Of a stretch of 64,000 bases of DNA, positions 29,730 to 40,203 are shown piece after piece. How positions within the stretch are numbered: position 1 is the stretch's first letter; every line of letters starts with the position of its first letter. Under the pieces are notes generated by a model, which was not told where the DNA came from, did no database searches, and worked only from the letters and a program-made list of their open reading frames with translations. Source of the stretch: Candidatus Pacebacteria bacterium CG2_30_36_39 (GTDB lineage: Bacteria > Patescibacteriota > Microgenomatia > UBA1400 > PJMF01); NCBI GenBank assembly GCA_001873435.1, contig MNZB01000004.1:239538-303537 (forward strand), read 5' to 3'. A program made the position numbers and the translations under genes.

Positions 29730-31212
29730 AATGTAGAACTAATAGAATAGCCAAAATATTAAAGCTAAAAAGATTTATAAATGGATGAAACAACATCATA
29801 ATAAATCCCGCAGCGATACTTGAGTATATCATGGCTAAAGCAAGCGGACTAAACAAAATTTTCCTAACTTTTTTCAATAATAAACCAAAGAATACCAAAC
29901 AAAAAACTCCAGCTACCAAACCTCTTTCAACTAAAAACAAAATAAAACCATTATGAATTTCCTCTGGAAAATATTTCATTATCCCCTCTGGAAAGAGCTC
30001 AAAAGAAACTGGAATAAACATTCCAGAACCAAAACCCAAAAATGGAGATTTTCCTAAAACACCAAAAGCTTCTTGTGTTTGAGAAATTCTAGTCGTTACC
30101 CCGCCAGTAGGAGAAAAAGAAGAAAAACTATTGAATAAACGATAAGACATTTTGAATATTAATACTGAACTAGCAAATAAAAATATTAATTTTATCCAAG
30201 GGTTTATTTTTTTAACTTCAACATTAATTTTTTTAATAAAGCTAAAAATATTTTTATCTCTAAAATAATAAAAAGAATAAAATCCGCAACTAACAATAAA
30301 AGCCAAGAAAGCTGATCTGCTTAATGAAATAAATGTTACAAAAACAAGAATTCCAATGATTAATAAATAAATAATTTTATTAGCTTCTTTAGAAAATACA
30401 TTCTTTAAATAATTAACAAAAACCAGAGCTCCCAAAGCCATCATGAGCTGTTCGTTGGCCAAACTATTAGCATGTGGGTGCCAACCGAATGGCCTAAATC
30501 CTCCCCCCTGTTCATCTGAGCCAAGCCCAAAAACTGGAATTATCTCAGCTTTTTCTATCATTAAACCTAATGCTGAATTTTTAATCAATTGAGCAAAGAC
30601 AAGAAAATTTTCAAAAGACAAAGTAACTAATAAAATTAAAATTAAAGTAGCTAAAACCTTGTTTCTTTGCACTTTTAAATTAGCAGTAGCTATTAGTAAA
30701 TACATAAACCAAATAAGAATTAAACTTTCTCTAAGAGAAAAAATCGTGCTTAAAAAAGGAAAAGGAGCTATCCAAAATGATGAAAAAATAAAAATAAACG
30801 GCAAAATTAACAATATTTTTTCATAAGTTAATAACTTTATTCTCGATTTAAAATAGTAAAATGGTAGTAATAATCCAGCAGCAAATAAAATTACCAAATG
30901 AGGTGAAAGAATGAACAACAATTGCCTTCCCTCCCAATATTGAATTGAACCTATGTCAGCAGCAGACATAACAGGAAAAGCATAAATTTGCCCAACTGTT
31001 AATGAAAGAAAAATTGGAACACTATAGATAACTGCCCTGGGAAAAGAGTAATAAAAAGCCAAAAAAATAAAGTAAAAAAAACTAACTACAAAATATATTT
31101 TTACTGATGGAATTAAAAATACCATGGCACAAAATAAAAAAGTAGCAATCACTGCCATCTGGTCAGTGGGTTTGATGAGGCTTGCTAGAAATTGTTTAAT
31201 TTTTTGCAACAT
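29710..31212 (-). CDS. Wzy-like polymerase / O-antigen-ligase-family polytopic membrane protein.
   Basis: 500 aa with more than 10 TM helices. Large loop with 'SRSAFLAFIVSCGFYSF'. Confidence 0.55.
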   Translation of the reverse strand: MLQKIKQFLASLIKPTDQMAVIATFLFCAMVFLIPSVKIYFVVSFFYFIFLAFYYSFPRAVIYSVPIFLSLTVGQIYAFPVMSAADIGSIQYWEGRQLLFILSPHLVILFAAGLLLPFYYFKSRIKLLTYEKILLILPFIFIFSSFWIAPFPFLSTIFSLRESLILIWFMYLLIATANLKVQRNKVLATLILILLVTLSFENFLVFAQLIKNSALGLMIEKAEIIPVFGLGSDEQGGGFRPFGWHPHANSLANEQLMMALGALVFVNYLKNVFSKEANKIIYLLIIGILVFVTFISLSRSAFLAFIVSCGFYSFYYFRDKNIFSFIKKINVEVKKINPWIKLIFLFASSVLIFKMSYRLFNSFSSFSPTGGVTTRISQTQEAFGVLGKSPFLGFGSGMFIPVSFELFPEGIMKYFPEEIHNGFILFLVERGLVAGVFCLVFFGLLLKKVRKILFSPLALAMIYSSIAAGFIMMLFHPFINLFSFNILAILLVLHYEKTTS

Positions 31213-32107
31213 AACCTAAGACATAAAAACGTTCAAAAACTCTAATTAGAACTATAGTTAACATTTTTGTAAACAAGCCACCATTGATATAAGGACTATA
31301 TTGATCAAAATCTTTGGAAAAATGTTTAATTAATCTAATTAACCATAAAATAAATATTTTGTCTTTGAGATTGACAAAATCATTGTTTAATTGCCATTTG
31401 CCTTTTAGAAAATGAATTAATTTTCCTCTAGCAAAGGCTCTATTAATAAACCTAAAAAATCTACCTGTTTCTTCATGATAAAGTTTCATTTCCTGGCAGT
31501 AGCTTCCTAAACAATTAAATTTTGCTAACTGCAATCCCATATCAAAATCTGCTATGTCATAAAACCCTATTTGGCAATTTTCATCAAATTTAATTTTTTT
31601 CTTTTTAAGTTCAGATATATCTAAAATTACATTTTTAGTATCAAAAACTTCTTTAGAACTTCTTGGAGATTTCTTAAAACCTTCAATTCTCCAATATGTA
31701 TCTCTAGAAAACTGAGCATTGGCAAAAATATTATTAGTATTTAATAAAAGAGAATTACCTAAAACAAAAACATCTTTTTTAGTTGAAATTATTCTATAGC
31801 CTTCTCTTAACCACTGTTTTGTTAGGACACAATCATCATCTATGAAAGCTAAATATTTAGTTTTTGCCTTACCAATAGCTAGATTTCTACAACCAGGAAC
31901 ATTTTTTTTGCAAAAAAAATAGCTAATATTCAAATCACTAAAAGCAGAATCTTTAATTACATCTTTTGCTGAAAAGTTTTCATCATTATCAATAACTATA
32001 ACTTCCAAGGGTTTAACAACCTGCTTCGTAACACTTGATAAGCAACGGCTCAATTCAATAGGCCTATTTTTTGTAACTATAGCCAACGAAATGTCTCTGT
32101 CCAACAT
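31196..32107 (-). CDS. GT2 glycosyltransferase.
   Basis: 'LAIVTKNRPIELSRCLSSVTKQVVKPLEVIVIDNDE' and 'FIDDDC'. Confidence 0.75.
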   Translation of the reverse strand: MLDRDISLAIVTKNRPIELSRCLSSVTKQVVKPLEVIVIDNDENFSAKDVIKDSAFSDLNISYFFCKKNVPGCRNLAIGKAKTKYLAFIDDDCVLTKQWLREGYRIISTKKDVFVLGNSLLLNTNNIFANAQFSRDTYWRIEGFKKSPRSSKEVFDTKNVILDISELKKKKIKFDENCQIGFYDIADFDMGLQLAKFNCLGSYCQEMKLYHEETGRFFRFINRAFARGKLIHFLKGKWQLNNDFVNLKDKIFILWLIRLIKHFSKDFDQYSPYINGGLFTKMLTIVLIRVFERFYVLGYVAKN

Positions 32108-32112
32108 ACCTT

Positions 32113-32790
32113 TTATTTTTGTACCACTCCCAAGCCATTTGAGCCTGGAAATTCAAAAGCTGGATACTTCTTCTTAAGCTCTTGCCAAAACTTATCAACT
32201 CCATAATCCAAATCATTTTCTAAATTAGTTTGCGTATCATGGAATGAAATAAAACCACCAGTTAATAAACTTGGCCAAAAATTATTAAAATCTTCCTTTA
32301 TTCCCTTGTAAGAATGATCACCGTCCAAATAAATATAACCCCACTCTCTTTTGGGAAATTTTTTCTTAAAATCCTGAGAAGTCATCACGTTCATTCTGAT
32401 ATAAGAATCTAGACCATATTTTGCAAAGTGTTTTTTAACATTATTTTCTCGCCAAAAACCCACTCCGCCCCAATGTCTTTTTTTATCAGCTACACTATTT
32501 TGAGAATACCCAGCATCTACAAAATCCACAATTCCTTGTTGATTATCTTTGCAAGCCAAAGCACATATGGCTGGAATAAATCCATACCTACTACCAACAC
32601 AAAGAACTCTCTTTGGCTTGAGTAATCTAATTAAAGAATAATGAATCCAACCATAACCCAGATTTGCTTTATCAATATCTAATTCATGCCAATTATCACC
32701 TTTGGAAAAATGATTGATAAAGTTTTTTATCGATCGACGATTTACTAAACTTTTACTCTGAAATATTTGAGGTATGATATGGGTCAACAT
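32113..32790 (-). CDS. Class I SAM-dependent methyltransferase (TylF/CmcI-like sugar O-methyltransferase candidate).
   Basis: 'VLCVGSRYGFIPAICA' and 'IYLDGDHSYKGIKEDFNNFWPSLLTGGFISFHD'. Confidence 0.45.
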   Translation of the reverse strand: MLTHIIPQIFQSKSLVNRRSIKNFINHFSKGDNWHELDIDKANLGYGWIHYSLIRLLKPKRVLCVGSRYGFIPAICALACKDNQQGIVDFVDAGYSQNSVADKKRHWGGVGFWRENNVKKHFAKYGLDSYIRMNVMTSQDFKKKFPKREWGYIYLDGDHSYKGIKEDFNNFWPSLLTGGFISFHDTQTNLENDLDYGVDKFWQELKKKYPAFEFPGSNGLGVVQK

Positions 32791-32792
32791 TT

Positions 32793-34019
32793 ATGGTTAA
32801 GTTTATCATCAAATCTCTCCTTAATAAGGCCCATTTTTTAAACTGGAATCAAGATGATTATTTAAAATATTTCCTATCAATTTCAAACAACAAAAATAAA
32901 ATTAAAACTATTCTTGCCAAAGAAAATACCCCTATTTTTATTGGAGATACAAAAATCATTGCTCAAAGACACCATGATTTAAAAAATGCCTTAGAAAAAA
33001 ACTGGCTAAATTATCAAATTAGTTATTCTTTCAAAACAAATTACTCAATTATCGAAAATAATTATTTTAAAAATAATTTTTGGGCTGAAGTTGTCTCAGC
33101 AAAAGAATACTTATTAGCTGAAAAAAATCAATATAAAAATATCATCTTTAATGGACCACTAAAAACAGAATCTTCTTTAAAACAAGCAATTAAAAATAAT
33201 TCAATTATTAATCTTGATCATGAATCAGAAATAACAAAAGTTGCAAAACATAATAACAAGACTAAAACAAATTTTGGTTTGAGACTAAATATTATTACAG
33301 ATCAAACTACTCAAAAAAGTAGATTTGGTTTTTCAATCGAAAATAAACAAGCTGAAAAAGCACTCAAGATAGCCAAGATTAATAATGTCTCTATTTCCGG
33401 ATTACATATTCACTTGGGAACAAATATTCCAAACTGTAAAAAATATCAACAGGCAGCTAAAAAAATTAGTGATTTTATTGTCAAAAACAAACTCACAAAA
33501 CAAATAAGATATATTGATTTTGGTGGTGGTTTTGTAAGTCATGCCAATCCACCAAACGACAGATTAAACTGGAATATTCCAGATATAGAAGAATATATCC
33601 AAGCAATTACAACCACATTGAAACAAGTTTTTCACCGAGAGAAAAAACCAATTTTGTTAGTAGAGCCAGGAAGATATTTGGTTGAAGATGCCATATCTTT
33701 ATTTTCCAGAATTGAAAATAAAAAAATTGAAAATCAAACACAATTAATTACTACTGACACCAGCATTAATATGCTACCCATAACTCATTATCGAAAACAT
33801 ATTGTGCAAATTGCAAAAGAAAACCTAAATATTAAAACTGGTAAAAAAATTAAAACCATCATTTATGGTGCAACCTGCCAAGAAGATGACATTCTATTTG
33901 AGGGTTATCTGCCAAAAATTTCAGAAAGTGATTATCTAATTTGGCACGCAACAGGAGCCTACAATGATTCCATGAACAGTAATTTTATTTTTGATAAACC
34001 AAAAACAGTTTTTATTTAA
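32793..34019 (+). CDS. Fold-III PLP-dependent decarboxylase (Orn/DAP/Arg decarboxylase family 2).
   Basis: 'SYSFKTN' contains the PLP lysine. Also 'GLHIHLGTN', 'YIDFGGGF' and 'LLVEPGRYLVEDA'. Confidence 0.75.
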   Translation: MVKFIIKSLLNKAHFLNWNQDDYLKYFLSISNNKNKIKTILAKENTPIFIGDTKIIAQRHHDLKNALEKNWLNYQISYSFKTNYSIIENNYFKNNFWAEVVSAKEYLLAEKNQYKNIIFNGPLKTESSLKQAIKNNSIINLDHESEITKVAKHNNKTKTNFGLRLNIITDQTTQKSRFGFSIENKQAEKALKIAKINNVSISGLHIHLGTNIPNCKKYQQAAKKISDFIVKNKLTKQIRYIDFGGGFVSHANPPNDRLNWNIPDIEEYIQAITTTLKQVFHREKKPILLVEPGRYLVEDAISLFSRIENKKIENQTQLITTDTSINMLPITHYRKHIVQIAKENLNIKTGKKIKTIIYGATCQEDDILFEGYLPKISESDYLIWHATGAYNDSMNSNFIFDKPKTVFI

Positions 34020-34031
34020 AAAAAAATAAAT

Positions 34032-34883
34032 ATGTTAAAAAAAGTAATCAACAAATTAAAAAAAGAAACAAAGAATCTTTTAGAGAAAAAGAAACTGCCT
34101 GATTATTTTAAATCAAATCAATTGGCCTGGAATACTGTCGCTCCATTGCATCAAGCTGCCAACCATCAATCTTTATTAAAAGAAGTACAACAACAAAAAT
34201 ATTCTTGTCTTAACCAAAATCAAATAACTGCCTTAAATGAAATTGGAGTTAAAAATAAGAAAGTTTTTCAACCAGCCTGCAATAACGGAATAGAGTTAAT
34301 ATCTATTAAAAAAATGGGTGCCAAAGAATGCGTCGGCTTTGATATCGCGGAAAAATTTATATTGCAAGCTCAAGAACTGGGAAAATCCGCCAATGTTGAT
34401 TGCCAATTTGTACAAAAAAATTTCTTTGATATTTCAGATAAACTAAAAAATCACTTCGACCTAGTGTTTGTTTCAGTCGGCACTCTCCCTTGGATGCTAG
34501 ATCTAAATAAGTTCATAAAAAATTCTAATAAGCTTCTCAAAAAAAGTGGCTACATTGTTATTAATGAGATGAACCCTTTGTTACATTGCCTAAACTATGA
34601 AAGCACCATAGAAAAAATTAAAATTGATAGATCATATTTTGCTGATCAACTTGATGTTAATAATATTTCCTTAGACTATTACAAACACAGCAAATATAAG
34701 GTTCCAACTCAATACTGCAAATACCACACCTTGGCAGAAATAATAAACACTCTAATCAAAAATAAGTTTAAAATAAACTTATATAATGAATATCCAGATG
34801 ATCCTTCATTGAGTTTCCAAAAATTAACTAGATCAAATAAAAAACTACCGATGAGCTACACTATAATTGCCCAAAAAATATAA
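34032..34883 (+). CDS. Class I SAM-dependent methyltransferase.
   Basis: 'VFQPACNNGIELISIKKMGAKECVGFDIAEKF' is SAM-binding motif I. 'LVFVSVGTL' is motif II. Confidence 0.6.
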   Translation: MLKKVINKLKKETKNLLEKKKLPDYFKSNQLAWNTVAPLHQAANHQSLLKEVQQQKYSCLNQNQITALNEIGVKNKKVFQPACNNGIELISIKKMGAKECVGFDIAEKFILQAQELGKSANVDCQFVQKNFFDISDKLKNHFDLVFVSVGTLPWMLDLNKFIKNSNKLLKKSGYIVINEMNPLLHCLNYESTIEKIKIDRSYFADQLDVNNISLDYYKHSKYKVPTQYCKYHTLAEIINTLIKNKFKINLYNEYPDDPSLSFQKLTRSNKKLPMSYTIIAQKI

Positions 34884-36156
34884 AATGAGCCCATTCTCTG
34901 CCCAGAACCTACTCAAAAAAATTAATCTATACAATCTAGCTTTGCTATTAATTGGTGTTTTTACTATCTTAAAAATAGCTAATATTACTCAAAGCACTCA
35001 TTATCATAGCGATGAATACTTTTCAATTTTATTAGTTAATAGCTACAAACCAATCGACTATTTCAAATTTAATACAGACGTGGGAAACCCGCCGTTTTAT
35101 TATTTAATGCTTGATAACTATTTATCTTTTTTTCCCACAAAAAATGAATTTGTTAGTAGATCATTATCAATAATATTTTTAATTGTTAGTTTGTTTTTTG
35201 TTATAAAAATTGCCGACAATATTTTTAAATCAAAATTAAATAAATTAGCCCTATTCACTCTTTTTTCTACCTCAGGAACAGTTATTAATTACTACACTCT
35301 AGCAAGGCCATACCCTCTGTATCTAACAATATTCATTATCATTATTTTTCTATTTACCAAAAAAAGAACAAATAAAATAAATTCAATGTTTATCATTATG
35401 TTAATTTTGGGCATGTTTACTCATTATGTTTTTTTTGTTATTTCAATTTGCTTTTTAATTTATTTTATCCTACAAAAAAATCTTAAAATGACCCTAGCCA
35501 TTGGGGCAAGTTTTTTAATTAGCTTTGGATTAAATGCAAAATATGTATATTTGTCGTTATTTGATAAAAACAATCAATATGCTTTTGACCAGTTTCAAGT
35601 ACAAACAATGAGCTTATTAGAACCAATCCGCGCTGCTTGGTTTAGAGGTTTTGTTTCATACCAAATCATTGCTATTTTATTAATAATATTGTTTTTCTAT
35701 TTGCTAAAAAATATCAAACATTCAAATATTAACTCTATAAATTATTCAATAATCAACATAACTATTATTAGTTATTTGGCATTTTTTATTCCACCCTTAT
35801 CAAGAATTTTTCCATCACTTACATATAAATTATCTTTAATTTTTCTATTGCAAATAGTTCTAATAAATTTATTTGATTCATTGCCAAACTTTAAAAGTAA
35901 AAAAATAATTGTTGGTCTATATATTGTTTGGTTAATTTTTACCTCTCCTCTAAAAAGGTTTGATGTCTTTCAACCAGAGATAGACGATTTATCTATGAAA
36001 CTAGATGCCATGAAAGCAAGTCAAGAAGTTCCGTGGGTTATAACTCAAAAATGCTTTGTTAATATGGTTCCATATTTCAAATATTATTTACCCAAAAACC
36101 AATTTAAATGTTTGGATAACCAAACCACCTTAGTAACTCCAATCATTCAGCAATAA
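34867..36156 (+). CDS. Polytopic membrane protein, GT-C-fold (ArnT/PMT-like) glycosyltransferase candidate.
   Basis: 429 aa with about 10 TM helices. An early loop has 'HYHSDEYFS', a DE motif. Confidence 0.4.
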   Translation: MPKKYKMSPFSAQNLLKKINLYNLALLLIGVFTILKIANITQSTHYHSDEYFSILLVNSYKPIDYFKFNTDVGNPPFYYLMLDNYLSFFPTKNEFVSRSLSIIFLIVSLFFVIKIADNIFKSKLNKLALFTLFSTSGTVINYYTLARPYPLYLTIFIIIIFLFTKKRTNKINSMFIIMLILGMFTHYVFFVISICFLIYFILQKNLKMTLAIGASFLISFGLNAKYVYLSLFDKNNQYAFDQFQVQTMSLLEPIRAAWFRGFVSYQIIAILLIILFFYLLKNIKHSNINSINYSIINITIISYLAFFIPPLSRIFPSLTYKLSLIFLLQIVLINLFDSLPNFKSKKIIVGLYIVWLIFTSPLKRFDVFQPEIDDLSMKLDAMKASQEVPWVITQKCFVNMVPYFKYYLPKNQFKCLDNQTTLVTPIIQQ

Positions 36157-36250
36157 AACTAATCACATCGAGTTAAAATAGCTAATATATTCTTTTTATA
36201 TGTGCTAATATTGTGGATATAAAGAAATCAAACAACATCCAAAGGAATAA

Positions 36251-37372
36251 ATGAAGTTTAATCAAAATATAACTGAAATCACTTTTGACGACGTTCTGCT
36301 TTTGCCTGGAAAATCAGATTTTTTGGTCGATAATGAAAAAAAAGTTGTTAATATCACTGGCAGAGTAACCAAAGATTTATTCCTCGAACTACCAATAATT
36401 TCAGCCCCAATGCCAGGAATCACCACCGCAGCAATGGCAATAGCCCTTGGAAAAGCTGGTGGCATGAGCGTTATCCACCCATTTCAATCAATTAAGAGCC
36501 AAGCTGAGCAAATCAGAATAGTTAAAGAAGCAAATGTAAAAGTTGCTGGCAGTATCTCTTTTAATAAAAACACTACTCTAAAAGATGTTGAAATATTATT
36601 AAAAGCAGGAGCTGATTTAATTTCAATTGAAACTGGCCATGCTCATAACCAACAAACCATAGAGTTTATTAGTAAAATTAAAAATACTTTCGAAAAAATT
36701 AGATTAAGTGCTTCTTTAGTAGTAACTGGAGAAGCCACTGAAGCCCTAATTAAAGCAGGCGCTGACAATATTAGAGTTGGAATTGGTGGTGGCTCACACT
36801 GTACCACCAGACTTGTTACTGGAGTTGGAAGACCACAACTTAGTGCCATTGAAGAATGTTATAAAGTAGCTAAAAAATATGACATCCCAATTATTTCTGA
36901 TACTGGCATTAAGTATTCCGGAGATTTACCAAAAGCTTTTGCTTTTGGAGCCGAAACAGTCATGATTGGTGGACTACTGGCTGGAACAGATGAGTGTCCT
37001 GGAGAAATAGTTGAAAAAGAAGGTAAAAAATATAAATATTCTTGGGGCATGTGCACTGATACTGCTTACAAACACAAAACTCCTTTTGAAAAACTGAAAC
37101 CAGAATACATTTTGCAATTAATTAAAAAAACCATCAAGAAAATTATTGGTAGAGCAGATTCTGATTCATTTAGAGAAAAAGACTTTGAAGAAGGAGTTGA
37201 AGCATTAGTTCCTTATCGTGGACCAGTTACCTCTATACTCAATCAACTAAGGGGCGGTCTCATTAGATCTATGTGGTATTTGGGTACAAAAAATATTAAG
37301 GAAATTGCCAAAAAAACCAGAGTGGTTATGGTTTCAAATAGCACTCCCCTAGAAAATATTCCTCGAATTTAA
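36251..37372 (+). CDS. IMP dehydrogenase/GMP reductase family enzyme without a CBS pair.
   Basis: '[15 protein letters not shown]'. Catalytic loop '[11 protein letters not shown]'. 373 aa. Confidence 0.8.
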   Translation: MKFNQNITEITFDDVLLLPGKSDFLVDNEKKVVNITGRVTKDLFLELPIISAPMPGITTAAMAIALGKAGGMSVIHPFQSIKSQAEQIRIVKEANVKVAGSISFNKNTTLKDVEILLKAGADLISIETGHAHNQQTIEFISKIKNTFEKIRLSASLVVTGEATEALIKAGADNIRVGIGGGSHCTTRLVTGVGRPQLSAIEECYKVAKKYDIPIISDTGIKYSGDLPKAFAFGAETVMIGGLLAGTDECPGEIVEKEGKKYKYSWGMCTDTAYKHKTPFEKLKPEYILQLIKKTIKKIIGRADSDSFREKDFEEGVEALVPYRGPVTSILNQLRGGLIRSMWYLGTKNIKEIAKKTRVVMVSNSTPLENIPRI

Positions 37373-37377
37373 AACAA

Positions 37378-38034
37378 ATGCTTAAATCAATTCTTAGAAA
37401 AACTAAGAAAATAATCGAAAAAAAACTAATCAAATATATAGTTTGGGATTTTGATGATACTTTGTATGTAAATCTCAAGCTTGGAACCAAACTAAAGAAA
37501 TGTTATCTAGATTATCTTAATGAAAAGAGTAAAGAAAATATTTCTTTTAGAGAATTTAATCTATTAACAAAAAATGGTTTGAGCTGGAGTGGTTTAGTCG
37601 CCAAAAAATTAAAAAAATCTGAAATTAAAATTATCAATGAAGTTGAAAAAAGATTTAATAAAAGCCAATATCTCAAAAAAAACTCATTACTGGTTAAACA
37701 ATTAGAAAAACTAACCAAATATCGTCACGTCATCTTGACTAATTCTCCAGCTTTTGAAGTAGAACAATGTCTTAAAAAAATTGGTTTTAAAAAGAAAAAT
37801 AATCTTGATTTTTTTCCTTTTGAAAAAATTATTGATTGTAATTTAAGTAAAAAATTAAAACCTGATTTAACTCCCTTTAAAAAAGTTACTGACTATACAA
37901 AAATTCATCCAATAAAACATTTAATGGTTGGCAATTCCTATCACAGTGATTTATTACCTGCAAAAAAAGCAGGTTTTCAAGCCATACTAATAGAAGAAAT
38001 TCCAGAATATTTAAAAATAAAACTCAAACAATGA
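37378..38034 (+). CDS. HAD-superfamily phosphatase (nucleotidase candidate).
   Basis: HAD motif I is 'VWDFDDTLY'. The gene sits 6 nt after the IMPDH-family gene. Confidence 0.6.
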   Translation: MLKSILRKTKKIIEKKLIKYIVWDFDDTLYVNLKLGTKLKKCYLDYLNEKSKENISFREFNLLTKNGLSWSGLVAKKLKKSEIKIINEVEKRFNKSQYLKKNSLLVKQLEKLTKYRHVILTNSPAFEVEQCLKKIGFKKKNNLDFFPFEKIIDCNLSKKLKPDLTPFKKVTDYTKIHPIKHLMVGNSYHSDLLPAKKAGFQAILIEEIPEYLKIKLKQ

Positions 38035-38972
38035 AAAAAAAACCTGAAATAATCATTGATACCGACGCTGGTGCAGATGATTTACTAGCAATAACACTTC
38101 TTTTTTCAGCCAATAGTTATTTAATTAAAAAAATTATTACTAGCTATGGCAGTTTTTCTCTAAAAGAATCTACTTCTAGAATTAATAAACTACTAAGCCT
38201 TATTGGAGCAGAAGATATTGCTGTCATAGAGACTGGTGCACAAAAACCCCTAAAAAGAAGCTTTGAACCCTATCACTTAATTCATGGTGATTTGTGGATT
38301 TCTGAAGAGCAAAAACATACAAAATTAAATATAAAAAAACTTGTTGATAATTTATTGCCAAAAACAGATTATTTTTGTCTAGGGCCTTTAACAAATCTAA
38401 GCAAGTTATTGGATGAAAAAGATTTTTTAAAAAAAATTAATAACATCTATATTATGGGTGGGGCAATTTCTTACCCTGGTAATGCTACACCATTAGCTGA
38501 AGCTAACTTTTTCTGGGATCCAGATGCTGTAGAAAAAGTTTTTAAATTGGCTAGTGAAAAAATTAGATTAATTCCCTTGAACATCACTGAACAAATTCAA
38601 CTTAATAATAAGGATATTAAATTCTTCAAAGAACAAAAAATTATTTCTGGATTTTTTAAACCATATTTGCACTATTACTTAAAAATTAAAAAATGGTTTT
38701 TAGATCCAAAAGATTATTTACAAAAAAAATACTCTGGAGCCTCAATTCATGACGTAGTAGCTGTTATTAGTTTGTTTGATAATAGAATTATCAACTTTAA
38801 GCCTATTTTGCTTGCTACTGATTTAATCAAAAAAGAACCAGGATTTATTTATCCAATTTTAAGACAAGAACAGCAATCAAATAAAAAAAATAGTTATAAA
38901 ATAATGACTGCAGTAAATATTAATCAAAAAGAGTTTTGGGAAACCTTTAATAAGGTATTGGTCTCTAGGTAA
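38031..38972 (+). CDS. Ribonucleoside hydrolase (IUNH family).
   Basis: N-terminal 'IIIDTDAGADDLLAI' is the DXDXXXDD Ca-binding motif. It overlaps the HAD gene by 4 nt. Confidence 0.85.
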   Translation: MKKKPEIIIDTDAGADDLLAITLLFSANSYLIKKIITSYGSFSLKESTSRINKLLSLIGAEDIAVIETGAQKPLKRSFEPYHLIHGDLWISEEQKHTKLNIKKLVDNLLPKTDYFCLGPLTNLSKLLDEKDFLKKINNIYIMGGAISYPGNATPLAEANFFWDPDAVEKVFKLASEKIRLIPLNITEQIQLNNKDIKFFKEQKIISGFFKPYLHYYLKIKKWFLDPKDYLQKKYSGASIHDVVAVISLFDNRIINFKPILLATDLIKKEPGFIYPILRQEQQSNKKNSYKIMTAVNINQKEFWETFNKVLVSR

Positions 38973-40203
38973 CAAAGTTTTTAATAAACAAATTTACTTC
39001 AGCTATTAAAGTATTTTTTCCATCAAAATCATGAAGTAATTTATCAACTGTCCTATATCTAGATTTGATTTCTCTCTTATGTTGTTCTTCTGTTTTAGCC
39101 AAAAACTTTAAAATTGAATTAACTAGCCTTTGTTGATTGGCTAAATAATATTTTAAACCTTCATATAAATAACCAACGTCTTCTGCATCTTTCTTGGGAT
39201 GATAAAAAGAAGCAGATAAACAACTATCACACTCAAAACCTTCTTTAAACATTTCATTAACATTTATAGTATGAGAAGTAGTTTGTTCTGGTAAAAGAAA
39301 TATTCTCTTTTTAAAATAAACTGATTCATAAATTCCGTTTTGACCTGGTTGCATAATTAAATAATCGCAATTAGCAATTAAGGACATATGCTCTTTAAAC
39401 GGCAGGGTTGTTATTATTTCTAAATTGTTAAATTTTTCTTGAATGTGACTTAGACTGGGCGTAACTTTTAAAACAATTCTGTAGTTATTTTTTGAATTTA
39501 CCTTATTCAAAACATTGCCAATTAAATTTGCGTAATCAACACTAAACTCATATCCAGTATTTGGATTTAACATTCCTCCCAACTGCACATAGATTAATTT
39601 TTTAGAATCTTTTTGATAAGTTTTGGGAAGTTTTTTTTCCGGAACCAAAGCACCAAATAATTCAATGCTGTGATTATATTTACTTAAAAAATCTACTCTT
39701 TTTTCTACCAATGTTCCAAATCGTTGAATTAGAGATTTGCTTGAGAATAAATGACCAAGAATAAATGGATAGTGTGTGTTTATATCAACTAATTCTGCTA
39801 ATTTTTTACCAAACAAAGCTGGAGTTTCTTTTTTAAGAGCAATAATTTTTCTATACAAATCAATAACTTTTTTTTCATCATATTGCCAAAACCACAAACA
39901 ATTATCGATATATAAACTAGGAATTCCTAGTTGCCATGATTTAATAACCAAAATTGGATCAAAACAAGAAATAACTGCTTCCACAGATCTCTCTGCCAAA
40001 GCTTTTTCCATATTTTCAGCTAAATCTACCCTGTAACCTTGTTGTTTAAAAAAGTTTTTCTGTTTTTCAGTTCCTAAAAATGAAAAATTCTGTTGTTTTT
40101 TGTTATCAACCAAAGATTGAGCCAAAATTGAAGTGGGACCCAAGCCAAAATCATGAGCACTTATTAAAATCTTGTGCTTTGGTTTGAAGAAACGAAAATT
40201 CAT
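38965..40203 (-). CDS. GT-B-fold glycosyltransferase (GT1/MGT/MurG-like).
   Basis: 'ISAHDFGLGPTS', 'VQLGGM', 'ANCDYLIMQPGQNGIYESVYFKKRIFLLP'. Confidence 0.5.
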   Translation of the reverse strand: MNFRFFKPKHKILISAHDFGLGPTSILAQSLVDNKKQQNFSFLGTEKQKNFFKQQGYRVDLAENMEKALAERSVEAVISCFDPILVIKSWQLGIPSLYIDNCLWFWQYDEKKVIDLYRKIIALKKETPALFGKKLAELVDINTHYPFILGHLFSSKSLIQRFGTLVEKRVDFLSKYNHSIELFGALVPEKKLPKTYQKDSKKLIYVQLGGMLNPNTGYEFSVDYANLIGNVLNKVNSKNNYRIVLKVTPSLSHIQEKFNNLEIITTLPFKEHMSLIANCDYLIMQPGQNGIYESVYFKKRIFLLPEQTTSHTINVNEMFKEGFECDSCLSASFYHPKKDAEDVGYLYEGLKYYLANQQRLVNSILKFLAKTEEQHKREIKSRYRTVDKLLHDFDGKNTLIAEVNLFIKNFVT

